Shown: positions 1 through 11,497 of the stretch, one piece after another | How the letters are laid out: the number at the start of each line of letters is the position of its first letter | How positions within the stretch are numbered: position 1 is the stretch's first letter | NCBI RefSeq assembly: GCF_963921235.1 | Contig: NC_086097.1 | Location: 57,786,001 to 57,850,000, forward strand | Source: Mobula hypostoma | Lineage: Eukaryota | Reading direction: 5' to 3' | Length of the DNA stretch: 64,000 nt | The notes under the pieces: generated by a model | What the model was told of the DNA's origin: nothing | The model's database searches: none | The model's input: the letters and a program-made list of their open reading frames with translations, nothing else | Program-made: the position numbers and the translations under genes

Positions 1-37
1 TTTGTCAACTTAGCAACAGCAGTTCAATGCAATACAT
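1..37 (-). mobile_element. Rex1/Babar LINE 3' UTR, left part (interrupted by CR1; resumes at 4469)
   Basis: tttgtcaacttagcaacagcagttcaatgcaatacat matches 11543-11579 of the Rex1 copy. In that copy the next bases are aatctagcagagagag, which appear here at 4469. Confidence 0.85.
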
Positions 38-626
38 TTGAAGGTATGAGACGTGAATTAGCTAAGATAGACTGGCAAATGACACTTCAATGATTGACGG
101 TGGATATGCAATGGCAGGCATTTAAAGGTTGCATGGATGAACTACAACAATTGTTCATCCCAGTTTGGCAAAAGAATAAATCAAGGAAGGTAGTGCACCC
201 GTGGCTGACAAGAGAAATTAGGGATAGTATCAATTCCAAAGAAGTAGCATACAAATTAGCCAGAGAAAGTGGCTCACCTGAGGACTGGGAGAAATTCAGA
301 GTTCAGCAGAGGAGGACAAAGGGCTTAATTAGGAAGGGGAAAAAAGATTATGAGAGAAAACTGGCAGAGAACATAAAAACGGACTGTAAAAGCTTTTATA
401 GATATGTAAAAAGGAAAAGACTGATAAAGACAAATGTAGGTCCCCTGCAAACAGAAACAGGTGAATTGATTATGGGGAGCAAGGACATGGCAGACCAATT
501 GAATAATTACTTTGGTTCTGTCTTCACTAAGGAGGACATAAATAATCTTCCAGAAATAGTAAGGGACAGAGGGTCCAGTGAGATGGAGGAACTGAGCGAA
601 ATACATGTTAGTAGGGAAGTGGTGTT

Positions 627-2842
627 CTTTTCTTTTTAAATCTTTTTATTGAGTAAGTATACAAAAAAGGTAAGCCATATAAACATTAATACAATGTTAA
701 AGTATAATAAAATTCCAAAAGATAACAATACCAAAAAGAAAATACTACAAACAATGTAATTTAAGCATAAGAAACCAAGATAACATAATAGTATACTAGA
801 TTTTATATATATCAATGGAAAAAAAAAGAAAAAAAACCCCCCAAAAAAAAACCCACCGTGCAACTAACTAAAAGCAAAGCAAAGCAATGGGCTAACTTGA
901 AACCAAACAGAGTTAAACTTAAAATCACGTCCTCAATCCCGACCTCCATTAAAACAGTGAAGAAAAAACAAGAAGGGTAAATATTACATTAAATGAAAAT
1001 ATCGAATAAAAGGTCCCCAAATCTGTTCAAATTTAAATGAAGAATCATAAAGGTTACTTCTAATTTTCTCCAGATTCAAACATAAAATCGTCTGAGAAAA
1101 CCAAAAAAAGGTAGTTGGAGCATTAAGCTCTTTCCAATGTTGTAAAATACATCTTTTCGCCATTAAAGTAAGAAATGCAATCATTCTACGGGCTGAAGGG
1201 GAAAGATTACTAGAAATTTTAGGTAGTCCAAAGATAGCAGTAATAGGGTGAGGAGAGATATCTATATTTAATACCTTAGAAATAATATTGAAAATATCTC
1301 TCCAAAAAGTTTCCAAAGTAGGGCAAGACCAAAACATATGAGTTAAAGAGGCTATCTGCCCCGAACATCTATCACAGAAAGGATTAATATGCGAGTAAAA
1401 ACGCGCTAACTTATCTTTGGACATATGTGCTCTATGAACCACTTTAAATTGAATTAGGGAATGTTTAGCACAAATAGAGGAAGTATTAACTAATTGTAAA
1501 ATCTGCCCCCAATCATCCACAGAAATGGTAAGCCCCAATTCCTGTTCCCAGTCTACCCTAATCTTATCAAATGGAGCTTTCCTAAGTTTCATAATAATAT
1601 TATAAATCATAGCCGATGCACCTTTCTGACATGGATTAAGGTTAATTATCGAATCTAAAATATATATAGGAGGAAGCATTGGAAAGGAAGAAAGTATAGT
1701 ACTTAGGAAATTTCTAACTTGTAAATATCTAAAAAAATGTATTCTTGATAAGTTATATTTATTAGATAATTGTTCAAAAGACATAAGGGAACCATCTAAA
1801 AATAAATCCAAAAACCGTAAAATACCCTTAGTCTTCCAAGTTTGAAAAGCGCGATCCGTAAAAGAGGGAGGAAAAAATATGTTACCTAAAATAGGAATCG
1901 CTAACCCGAATTGATTAAGATCAAAAAATTTTCTGAATTGAAACCAAATGCGCAAAGCATATTTAACTATCGGGTTAGAGACCTGCTTAAGACGTTTCGA
2001 ATCAAAAGGAAGAGAGGAACCTAAAATAGAACCAAGTGTATAACCCTGAACAGATTGTAATTCCAATGCTACCCATTTAGGAATAGATAGTATGTCCCGG
2101 TCAAGTAACCAAAATTTCATATGTCGAATATTAATAGCCCAATAATAAAATCTAAAGTTAGGTAATGCTAAACCTCCATCTCTCTTAGCTTTCTGTAAAT
2201 GTATTTTACCCAGTCTCGGATTCTTATTCTGCCAAATAAATGAAGAAATTTTAGAGTCAACTTTATCAAAAAAAGATTTAGGAACGAAAATTGGTAATGC
2301 CTGAAACACATATAAAAATTTTGGCAAAAAAAACATCTTAACTGCATTAATACGACCAATCAAAGTTAAATATAAGGGAAACCATTTAGATGAAAGTTGA
2401 GTAATATGGTCTATTAATGGTAAAAAGTTAGTCTTAAATAAATCTTTATGTTTACAAGTAATTTTAATCCCAAGATATGAAAAGTAATTATTAATCAATT
2501 TAAATGGAAATTTATAATATAAGGGAAGATGTTTATTAATCGGAAAAAGTTCACTCTTACTAAGATTTAATTTATAACCTGAGAAAAGACCAAATTGTGC
2601 TAATAACTCTAAAACAGCAGGAATGGATCTCTCAGGATTAGAAATATATAAAAGTAAATCATCAGCATAGAGTGATAATTTATGGGACTTTAATCCCCGA
2701 GTTATCCCAGTAATATTTGAAGATTCTCGAATAGCAATTGCAAGAGGTTCTAATGCAATATCAAATAATAGGGGACTAAGAGGACAGCCTTGTCGAGTAC
2801 CACGAAAGAGAGGAAAAAAAGGTGAGTTTAAGGAGTTAGTAC
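627..2842 (-). mobile_element. 5'-truncated L1-clade LINE with 14-bp TSD
   Basis: TSD AGGGAAGTGGTGTT at 613-626 and 2843-2856. The minus strand ends in AATAAA plus an A-rich tail. AT-rich ORF2. Confidence 0.93.
984..2840 (-). CDS. L1 ORF2 C-terminal part (RT core to Cys-rich domain); open frame but 5'-truncated
   Basis: Manual translation upstream of the listed 504-aa ORF stays in frame (RGTRQGCPLSPLLF...SLYADDLLLY). The C-terminal CDRC..HMFWSC motif is typical of L1 ORF2. Confidence 0.85.
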   Translation of the reverse strand, partial: TNSLNSPFFPLFRGTRQGCPLSPLLFDIALEPLAIAIRESSNITGITRGLKSHKLSLYADDLLLYISNPERSIPAVLELLAQFGLFSGYKLNLSKSELFPINKHLPLYYKFPFKLINNYFSYLGIKITCKHKDLFKTNFLPLIDHITQLSSKWFPLYLTLIGRINAVKMFFLPKFLYVFQALPIFVPKSFFDKVDSKISSFIWQNKNPRLGKIHLQKAKRDGGLALPNFRFYYWAINIRHMKFWLLDRDILSIPKWVALELQSVQGYTLGSILGSSLPFDSKRLKQVSNPIVKYALRIWFQFRKFFDLNQFGLAIPILGNIFFPPSFTDRAFQTWKTKGILRFLDLFLDGSLMSFEQLSNKYNLSRIHFFRYLQVRNFLSTILSSFPMLPPIYILDSIINLNPCQKGASAMIYNIIMKLRKAPFDKIRVDWEQELGLTISVDDWGQILQLVNTSSICAKHSLIQFKVVHRAHMSKDKLARFYSHINPFCDRCSGQIASLTHMFWSCPTLETFWRDIFNIISKVLNIDISPHPITAIFGLPKISSNLSPSARRMIAFLTLMAKRCILQHWKELNAPTTFFWFSQTILCLNLEKIRSNLYDSSFKFEQIWGPFIRYFHLM

Positions 2843-2848
2843 AGGGAA

Positions 2849-4370
2849 GTGGTGTTAGGTAAATTGAAGGGATTGAAGGCAGATAAATCCCCAGGGCCAG
2901 ATGGTCTGCATCCCAGAGTGCTTAAGGAAGTGGCCCAAGAAATAGTGGATGCATTAGTGATAATTTTTCAAAACTCGTTAGATTCTGGACTAGTTCCTGA
3001 GGATTGGAGGGTGGCTAATGTAACCCCACTTTTTAAAAAAGGAGGGAGAGAGAAACCGGGGAATTATAGGCCGGTTAGCCTAACGTCGGTGGTGGGGAAA
3101 CTGCTGGAGTCAGTTATCAAGGATGTGATAACAGCACATTTGGAAAGCGGTGAAATGATCGGACAAAGTCAGCATGGATTTGTGAAAGGAAAATCATGTC
3201 TGACGAATCTCATAGAATTTTTTGAGGATGTAACTAGTAGAGTGGATAGGGGAGAACCAGTGGATGTGGTATATTTGGATTTTCAAAAGGCTTTTGACAA
3301 GGTCCCACACAGGAGATTAGTGTGCAAACTTAAAGCACACAGTATTGGGGGTAAGGTATTGGTGTGGGTGGAGAATTGGTTAGCAGACAGGAAGCAAAGA
3401 GTGGGAATAAACGGGACCTTTTCAGAATGGCAGGCGGTGACTAGTGGGGTACCGCAAGGCTCAGTGCTGGGACCCCAGTTGTTTACAATATATATTAATG
3501 ACTTGGATGAGGGAATTAAATGCAGCATCTCCAAGTTTGCGGATGACACGAAGCTGGGTGGCAGTGTTAGCAGTGAGGAGGATGCTAAGAGGATGCAGGG
3601 TGACTTGGATAGGTTGGGTGAGTGGGCAAACTCATGGCAGATGCAATTTAATGTGGATAAATGTGAAGTTATCCACTTTGGTGGCAAAAATAGGAAAACA
3701 GATTATTATCTGAATGGTGGCCGATTAGGAAAAGGGGAGGTGCAACGAGACCTGGGTGTCATTATACACCAGTCATTGAAAGTGGGCATGCAGGTACAGC
3801 AGGCGGTGAAAAAGGCGAACGGTATGCTGGCATTTATAGCGAGAGGATTCGAGTACAGGAGCAGGGAGGTACTACTGCAGTTGTACAAGGCCTTGGTGAG
3901 ACCACACCTGGAGTATTGTGTGCAGTTTTGGTCCCCTAATCTGAGGAAAGACATCTTTGCCATAGAGGGAGTACAAAGAAGGTTCACCAGATTGATTCCT
4001 GGGATGGCAGGTCTTTCATATGAAGAAAGACTGGATGAACTGGGCTTGTACTCGTTGGAATTTAGAAGATTGAGGGGGGATCTGATTGAAACGTATAAGA
4101 TCCTAAAGGGATTGGACAGGCTAGATGCGGGAAGATTGTTCCCGATGTTGGGGAGGTCTAGAACGAGGGGGTCACAGTTTGAGGATAGAGGGGAAGCCTT
4201 TTAGGACCGAGGTTAGGAAAAACTTCTTCACACAGAGAGTGGTGAATCTGTGGAATTCTCTGCCACAGCAAACTGTTGAGGTCAGTTCATTAGCTATGTT
4301 TAAAAGGAAGTTAGATATGGCCCTTGTGGCTACAGGGGTCAGGGGGTATGGAGGGAAGGCTGGGTTCTGA
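2849..4370 (+). pseudogene. CR1 ORF2 reverse transcriptase and C-terminus (1-bp frameshift in the G-run near 4170)
   Basis: 451-aa ORF with RT motifs. The C-terminus GHSLRIEGKPFRTEVRKNFFTQRVVNLWNSLP continues in ORF 4125-4370. The run has 5 G here and 4 G in the sibling copies at ~16227 and ~46875. Confidence 0.9.
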
Positions 4371-4468
4371 GTTGGATGATCAGCCATGATCATAATAAAT
4401 GGCGGTGCAGGCTCGAAGGGCCGAATGGCCTACTCCTGCACCTATTTTCTATGTTTCTATGTTTCTAT

Positions 4469-4773
4469 AATCTAGCAGAGAGAGAAAAAAAAAGATAGAC
4501 AAAATATAATAAATAAGTAAATTAATTACATATATTGAATAGATATTTTAAAAGGTGCAAAAACTGAAATACTGTTTATTTAAAAAAAAACTGAGGTAGT
4601 GTCTATAGCTTTAATGTCCATTTAGGAATCAGATGGCAGAGCGGAAGAAGCTGTTCCTGAATCGCTGAGTGTGTGCCTTCAGGCTTCTGTATCTCCTACC
4701 TGATGGTAACAGTGAGAAAAGGGCATGCCCTGGGTTCTGGAGGTCCCTAATAATGGACGCTGCCTTTCTGAGA
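4469..4773 (-). mobile_element. Rex1/Babar LINE 3' fragment, right part
   Basis: Colinear with 11580-11862 (ttaggaatc..atggcagag..gaagaagc..ttcctgaatcgctgagtgtgtgccttcaggc). Confidence 0.9.
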
Positions 4774-4944
4774 TTTTATTGTTAAGCAGTTATGCCCAAT
4801 TGTCTGTAAGATGTTTAATCTGAAACTTAAGCAGAAGTTTTCTGTGCACTTTAAATATATAATTCCAGCATGATATAAATAACATAATCACAATCTATTA
4901 AGCTTAATGGGTGTTTCTCATCTCCCTCTCCTTTGATCCCTTGA

Positions 4945-5540
4945 TTGGGTGTCAACATCTGAGAGGAGATATCTAAGGCTCAAAACATTGATGCAATCAC
5001 AAAGGAGGCACACCAGCAGTTCGACTTCATTAGGAGTTTGAAGAGATTTGGTACGTCACCAAAATCTCTTGCTGATTTCTACAGATGTACGGTGGATAGC
5101 ATTCTGACTTGTTGCGTCACAGACTGCTATGGTGCCTCCAATAAACAGAATTGCAAGCGGCTGCAGAAGGTTATATCCTCTTTCAGGTCCATGACAGGCA
5201 CCACCTTCCCGCTGTCAAAGACATCTTCAAGAGGCACTGCCGCATCATTAATGATCATCCATCACTAAAGACCCTCACCATCCATGAAACGCTCTCTTTG
5301 CGATAGTAACATTGGAGAGGAGGTATAGAAGCCCTAAGAACCACACTCAATAATTTAGGAACAACTTCTTCCCTTCCACCATCAGATTTTGGAACAGTCC
5401 ATGACAACTACCTTTTTATTCTTATTTTGCACAATTTATTTATGTTTGTAACTTGTAGTAATTGTCATATCCTGCACTGAACTGCTGCTGGAAAACAACA
5501 AATTTCATGACATTATGTCAGTGATAATAAATCTGATTAA
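4945..5540 (+). mobile_element. Rex1/Babar LINE 3' fragment
   Basis: ORF MKRFGTSPKSLADFYRCTVDSILT resembles ORF 11699-12064. The tail is aataaatctgat. Confidence 0.85.
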
Positions 5541-5989
5541 TATCAGTAATGTAATATCAAATCAGTAATTTTGAGAGCTAGATCAGGCCAAAGGTAAATA
5601 GAAGTGCATTTAGTTAAACCAATAGTTCAATTTAGTTCAATTTGAATTTTACCAATTTAGTTCAACTTACGAAATTGCTGCTACCATCTCAATAACTCTT
5701 CTATCATTCACCACATTCAGCTCAATTTTGGCTCTTTCATTTTACTCTGTTGCTTCTGCTGACGTGAGGATAGCTTTCACAAACAACGTGCTGATAACTT
5801 TTCCATTATCTCCTTTAGACCCTTGGACTGCTTGCCTGACAATCAGGTGTGAACAAGAACAAAGTTCATCCTTTTTAGCACTTTTTCTTGGGCGCTTCAG
5901 CAAACCTTATGTCCAGGTTATTGATTCCATTTGCCTAATTGCAGTACTAACTCTATGTTTGGAAACTTTGTATTCTGTCCAACTGCAAC

Positions 5990-6460
5990 ATAAACTTCAA
6001 GCCTACAGCCTCTGCATTCTTAATAGTTTCTTGCCCTCCACTTCAATCTACCCAATGCAAACATGCACATGCACGTTTTGTCAAAGCTATGGATGCATTC
6101 TCCTGGCCAGCATCTCATTTTTCACCCTCCTATAAACTTTGGCTCATTCCAAATTATCTCACATCAATTTCTCTTGTGTCACATTAGCGTTGTTGTGCTA
6201 TAATAGCTGCAAATTTAAAATTCTCGTACTTTAAAATTATTCTTTCGTACTCTTCAATAGCCTCCAGTCATACAACTTCTCAGAAGGATTCATAATTCTT
6301 GACCCCAGTGATTTAAGCAACTCTGTACTCTGCTAATAGTTGGAGTGTCTTCAGCCACACTTAATACTTGTTCTTTTGAATTCCCTTCCTCAATCCTTGC
6401 ACCTCTCTGCCTCAATTTAAGTCCCTATTTAAAATCTTCCTTTATTTGCTTTGACATCTC
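5990..6460 (+). mobile_element. Old L2-like LINE 3' relic
   Basis: Segments such as ttctcctggccagc..caccctcctataaactt..ctcattccaaa, ttaaaattctc and gaattcccttcctcaatcc..cctctctgcctc resemble L2 3' ends (from memory). Confidence 0.5.
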
Positions 6461-6709
6461 ACTAGCATCATAGGGCCCAGTAGAATGTAATCTCTTCATC
6501 CTCTAAAAACTTTATTTTATGTTACAGAATGTTCATAACCAATAATTGAAAACACTTGGTTTGTGTTAGCTGCTCTCGATGATATTTAAAATGTCTCCTT
6601 CAAAATATGGGGGAAACATGGAAAAAGAACTTTCACAACCTTGGAGCACAAGGTTTCGGAGCCAGGGAAGTGGACGTTGTGCTTCAGAACTGTAGATGTT
6701 AAGGCAATG

Positions 6710-7025
6710 TAGGGTGCACAGTGGCAAGTTTCTACTCAGCAAGAGGCTGCCAAAAGTAAGAATGGAGACCAGATAATCTGTATTTCAGTTGTTGGTTGAT
6801 AAGTGTGGGCCAGAACCCATGCACCTTGTAAATTCATTTGACGGTATCATTTATATTTGTCTAAGAAGGTTGACAGTGCCTTGGTTTTGTTCCACCTGAA
6901 GGATGATACATTTAACAGAATGGTATACTTTCTCTACTTGAAATGAAATGTTTGGCAATATAGTGCTCAGGATGTGCAGAAGTACCTTGGCATCAAGAGG
7001 TAAATGTACTATCATCTGAGCCATG
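6710..7025 (-). mobile_element. Deu-domain SINE relic (SacSINE1/AmnSINE-like)
   Basis: gaccagataatctg..ttggttga..gccttggtt..ctgagcca is colinear with similar relics at 18835 and 51580 and with the recalled Deu-SINE consensus. Confidence 0.55.
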
Positions 7026-7329
7026 TCCATTCATGTCATTGTCTCTGTGTCTTTTAAGCAATCACAGATCTGTCGTTAGAAACCTCACTTGAGTCAAAAT
7101 GGTTCATACTTGAAATATGCATGCAAATTTTGATTTCAGTGCTGGGCACCAGAACTGACACGTGGAAAGACTTGGAAAAGGTCTTATGATGGTCCTGAGC
7201 TGCAATGCCTATTAGGGTCATGGCTAAAGTTGAGTTGTTTTTGGGTTTGGAGCAGCGCAGGAAACTAGGAGACAGGTTAGGGTTTAGAGACAGGGCTGAT
7301 GAGGAATTAGAGATCAGGAACAGTGAATA

Positions 7330-8120
7330 AAGAATCAGGGGCAGAAACTGGTGGCCAGAGTCCAGGTTGAAGCACTCTAAAGTCAAAGCCAGCGATCTCT
7401 GTGGAAGAATGCTGGGTCTCAGGCACTGAGGAGGAAGACCAGCAATCACCCATGATCAATGATTGAGGTCAGCAGGTCCCATGGACAAGGGCTGGTGACT
7501 CTTTCATGGCCCCACCCCCATGGTTGATGAGTCCTGGAGGCAGAGGTCTGTACAGGCAGGAGGCACGAAACATGGTGACACCACCACCACCACCCCCAGG
7601 TCAGTGTGCTTTGGAGTTGAGGTCCTATTGAGTCCAAAGTTTGAGCATCATATATCGAAGTCTTGTGATCAGCGAGTCCTGGGATTGATATCCACCGATA
7701 GGTAAAATCTAAGGTTGGAATCCTGGCATCAATGAGTCTGAAAGTCAAGACCTGAAGGTCAAAGCAGACCTCTGCAATTCAGGGCCAGGGATTGGAGGCT
7801 GGAAGCCCAACGTTTGCATGTCTGAGAGTCCAGGGCCAAGGGCTAGTGGTTGGAGACCTGGAGGCTGCCTGTTCTGGGGTTGGAGGTGTGTGTGTGTGTA
7901 CGGGAGAGTGAGGAAGGGGCATTGTTTGCTGTTATTGTTTTGTTTTGTTCTTGTTGCTTGTGTTGTACTGATGAACATGGTGGATATGCTGTGTTACCCC
8001 TGGAATGTGGATACTAACAACCAGCACATTCTCAGGTTGTGTTGGTTGTTAATGCGAAAGACGCATTTCACTGTATGTTGCGTTGTACCTGGGATCAATA
8101 AATAACTGTATCTGAATGAA
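7330..8120 (+). mobile_element. Unclassified non-autonomous retroposon with repetitive gagtcc-rich body and SINE/Rex-type 3' tail
   Basis: Recurrent gagtcc/gaggtc units. The 3' ~160 bp is similar to the tail of the SINE at 23540-23697. The 5' boundary is uncertain. Confidence 0.45.
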
Positions 8121-8169
8121 TGTGAAATATGATCAGAATGGAAACAACCCAAAGTTGATCCTTTCTGTG

Positions 8170-8328
8170 TTATGTTTAAGAAACAGTTAGATAGGTAATT
8201 AAGAGTTATGGGGAAAAGGCAGGTAGGTGGAACTGAATTTACGGACAGATCAGCCATGAGCTTATTGAATGGCGGGGCAGGCTCAATGGGCCAGATGGTC
8301 TACTCCTGCTTCTATTTCTTATGTTCTT
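8170..8328 (+). mobile_element. CR1 3' end fragment
   Basis: gatcagccatga..gaatggcggggcaggctc..tactcctgct..tatttcttatgttctta matches the CR1 3' UTR at 4378-4468. Confidence 0.8.
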
Positions 8329-9149
8329 AAATTGCTTTCCAGTTGTATGTTTTACTCCTAGTGTATGGGGGACGCTTTATTTTGATGTCTTGGCAATGCT
8401 AGTTACTGCTGGAGAACAATGCAAAGATTTTCACACATGTGGGAACTATTTTGCAAAAGATTAAAGGGAGATTTTCTGATATTTGGACTCTTGGTTTGGA
8501 GTTTTGTCCATTAAAGCTGGAAGTAAGATATTTCAAAGATCGTGCTGATCACAAGAGTGTCAACCCCACCCTACCCTGAAGTGTATTCATAGCAGATGTG
8601 GTTGTATGTTGAAATTGTGAATTGAGAAAAGTTGCTCTTTACAAAGCAGGGTTGTAGAGTTGAATTGCAAACTAAGAATATTAACTTTCCCTACTAGCAA
8701 CATCTTTCTATATTTGCGAGGTGTCTTTCTGAGACCAATGCAGTGCCCTAGTCAGCCAAATACCACTTTTGATCCAATCATTGATATCTGATATGGAAAG
8801 TCTGAATTTCAATTTGTTGCCTAGGTTTTGGCTCAAAGTCAGAGTTGGGGTTGTGAAGCTGGTTTTGAGGAGCTCACATTGATGCAAGATGGAGCAGAGT
8901 TATTACCAACTCCAGCTTAATTGTTTTACAAGTGCTCCAGTTTTGATATCAATCTCTCATGCAGCAGCACAGTAATATTCTCCATGGTTATTTTTCACTT
9001 CCTCCTGAGTGAATGTAATCAGGAGAACCAATCTAAGTGATCTGGTCTTGGAAATAATCAAGGCAAGTCAAAGTTATTGTCATAGGTAGTGAGGTACAGA
9101 ATAATGAAAAAAATCTTGCTTCACGGCACATGGTGTTCAGCTTCTATCG

Positions 9150-9620
9150 CGCTGCAATAGGAAATATGTTATTAAAGTGGAAGGATTGCAGAAAAGATTT
9201 ATAAGGATGTTGCCCAGACTTGCCTGAGTTATAGGAAGAAGTAGGATAGGCAAGGATTTTTTCCTTAAAGTGTCGGATATTGAGGGGCAATCTTATGGAG
9301 GTGGCACAGATAGAGTGAATCTACTCTGTCTTTTTCTCAGAGTTGGGGAATCGATAACGAGAGGGCATAGGTTTAAGGTGAGGGGAAAGATTTAATAGCA
9401 ACTTGAGGAGCAACTTTACTTACACAGGGTCATATGTAAATAGAATAAGTTATTAGAGGAAGAGGCAGGTACAATAACAACTTTTATAAGACAGTTGTAC
9501 AGGTACGTGGTAAGGAAATGTTTAGAAGAATATGAGCCAAAGACAGGCAAATGGGAATTGGACAGCATGGACCAGTTGGGCTGAAGGGCCTGTAGCTGTG
9601 GGGTATTACAAACTCTAGGA
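9150..9620 (+). mobile_element. Degraded CR1 3' fragment
   Basis: gagggcataggtttaaggtgagggg..ggcaaatggga..ttgggctgaagggcctg. Confidence 0.7.
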
Positions 9621-9764
9621 CACAGGCATGCAGACTGAGACAGCACACAGAGCATAAATTTCACATAAATTGTACAAGCCAGCAAAGATAAAAGATTGGG
9701 CAAAGTGAGATATTAGTCCAAAAATTACAATCAGAGATGTGCTGACAGAAGAGATTGAACTGGA

Positions 9765-10270
9765 AAATTCACAAGGATGATTCCAGAAATGAAAGGGTTA
9801 TCATATGAGAAATGTTTGATGGCTTGAGGTCTGTACTTGCTGGAATTCTGAAGCATGTGTGTGTGTTGTGGGGGTGGGCAGGGGAATCTCATTGAAACCT
9901 TTCAAAGGTTGAAAGGCCTAGACAGAGTAGATGTGGGAAGGAGATTTCCCATGGTGGGGAAGTCTAGGACAAGAGGGCACAGCCTTAGGATAGGGAGTGT
10001 TCATTCAAAACAGAGATACAGAGAAATTTCTTTAGCCAGAAGGTGGTGAATTTGTGGAATTTGTTGCCAAATGCACCTGTAGAGGCCAGGTCATTGGGTG
10101 TATTTAAGGCAGAGATTGATAGATTCTTGATTGGCCATGGCATCAAAGGCTACGGGGAGAAGGCCGGGAAATGGGTTTGAGGAGGAGAAAAAACAAGGAT
10201 CAGCCATGATTGAATGGTGGAGCAGACTCAATGGGCCAGATGGCCTAATTCTGCATCTAATGGTCTTATG
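9765..10270 (+). mobile_element. CR1 3' fragment
   Basis: ORF GNLIETFQRLKGLDRVDVGRRFPMVGKSRTRGHSLRI, with tail ..atggtcttatgg. Confidence 0.85.
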
Positions 10271-10361
10271 GAAAAGGAACAGGTTGGTCATTCCCATACT
10301 TCAGTTGGAGTGGGTGTGTGGAGACAACTGGAAGCTGGACAAGTCAGAATGGAGACAATGG

Positions 10362-10722
10362 ACGATAGCACTGTGACTCAGCTGGTGGAGCAGCTGATTT
10401 GTACCTCCAGTGACCTGTGTCAATCCTGGCCTTTGTTGCTGTCTAGGTGGTGTTTGCAGTTCTCTCTGTAACTGCTTCAGTTTCCTCTATATGCTCAGGT
10501 TTCCTCCTACCTACTTGAAGCATGTGGGATGGTAAGTTAATTGACTCTTTTAAATTGCCACGACTGTGTACATGAACAGTAGAAACTAGGGAAATAGTCG
10601 GGAAGGATAAAATGAGTTACCTCAAGGTTAGTGCTTTAAAAAAATAAGATGGCTAATGGTCAGTGCAGACTCAAAGGGCTGACCGGATGCCTTGTGTACT
10701 TAATCTCTCTGATCTATGACTA
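10362..10722 (+). mobile_element. HE1/V-SINE-like tRNA-derived SINE with CR1-type tail
   Basis: Degenerate tRNA head (gtgactcagctggtggagc), V-core-like gtttgcagttctc..gtttcctct..ggtttcctcc, and CR1-like tail ending gatctatgact. Confidence 0.6.
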
Positions 10723-11497
10723 CAATAGATTATCCATAAATGCCAACCCTTTGAATCTTATGTTGAACAGAGACAAATGACTCAGGGGCTGTTTTCGGTT
10801 TTCAGCTGCTGCTGTAGACAGGGTAATAACGGGATGAAAATTGACAGAAAGCTTCAGACTTGTTGCTTTAGTGCAGCCTGGACTGATTTCCAGTCAGATT
10901 GCAGTGCCTGAAATTGAAAAAGGTCCCCTTGAATATACATGGATATGGGGAGAATACTTTTTCAAACTAGCAACAGTTGGAAGAAATGTTGCTGTACAGC
11001 ATTAGATTATGGGCTTCAGCTACATGAGGAATTTTAAAATGTTTTGAATGCTTATTCAACCCCCCACCCCCCCAACATATTTCAAATTTAAGGATGGCTT
11101 CTAACAAGATGGGAAACAGCAATGGCGAATGAAACCAGCAAAAACGAGAACAAAGGTGTGTTTTCAGGAATCTTGAACTTCCATACAGAGTTTACAGCCC
11201 AGCGTAACATACATAGAGTTTATTGAGGAACCATGTATAAAGAGGTTTGGGAAGGCTGTGAGCCTTTTGTGGCATCTTAAGATTTGGAACTACCCACTAC
11301 AACCAGCACTATATTGTGTCTTTAGAATCAAACTTAATACAGCTCTGCATTTCTTGCCTTCTGTGACAACCTGAATGAAGAAGGAGGCATGTCTAAACAG
11401 GTGGTAGATGCCATGTTCCTTGAAAACTCAATGACTTCATAAGCAACAAGTGCTTTGACCACATTAATAGTCCCCTGGTGTGTTTATCACTATTGCA

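Larger units (their letters stand above)
38..4468 (+). mobile_element. 5'-truncated young CR1 LINE (ORF2 linker, RT and 3' UTR), split by an L1 insertion
   Basis: ORFs 94-639 and 2849-4204 join across the TSD (IHVSREVV|LGKLKGLKADKSPGPDG). RT motifs YLDFQKAFDKV, GVPQGSVLGP and KFADD are present. The 3' tail is (ATGTTTCT)n at 4451-4468. Confidence 0.95.
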
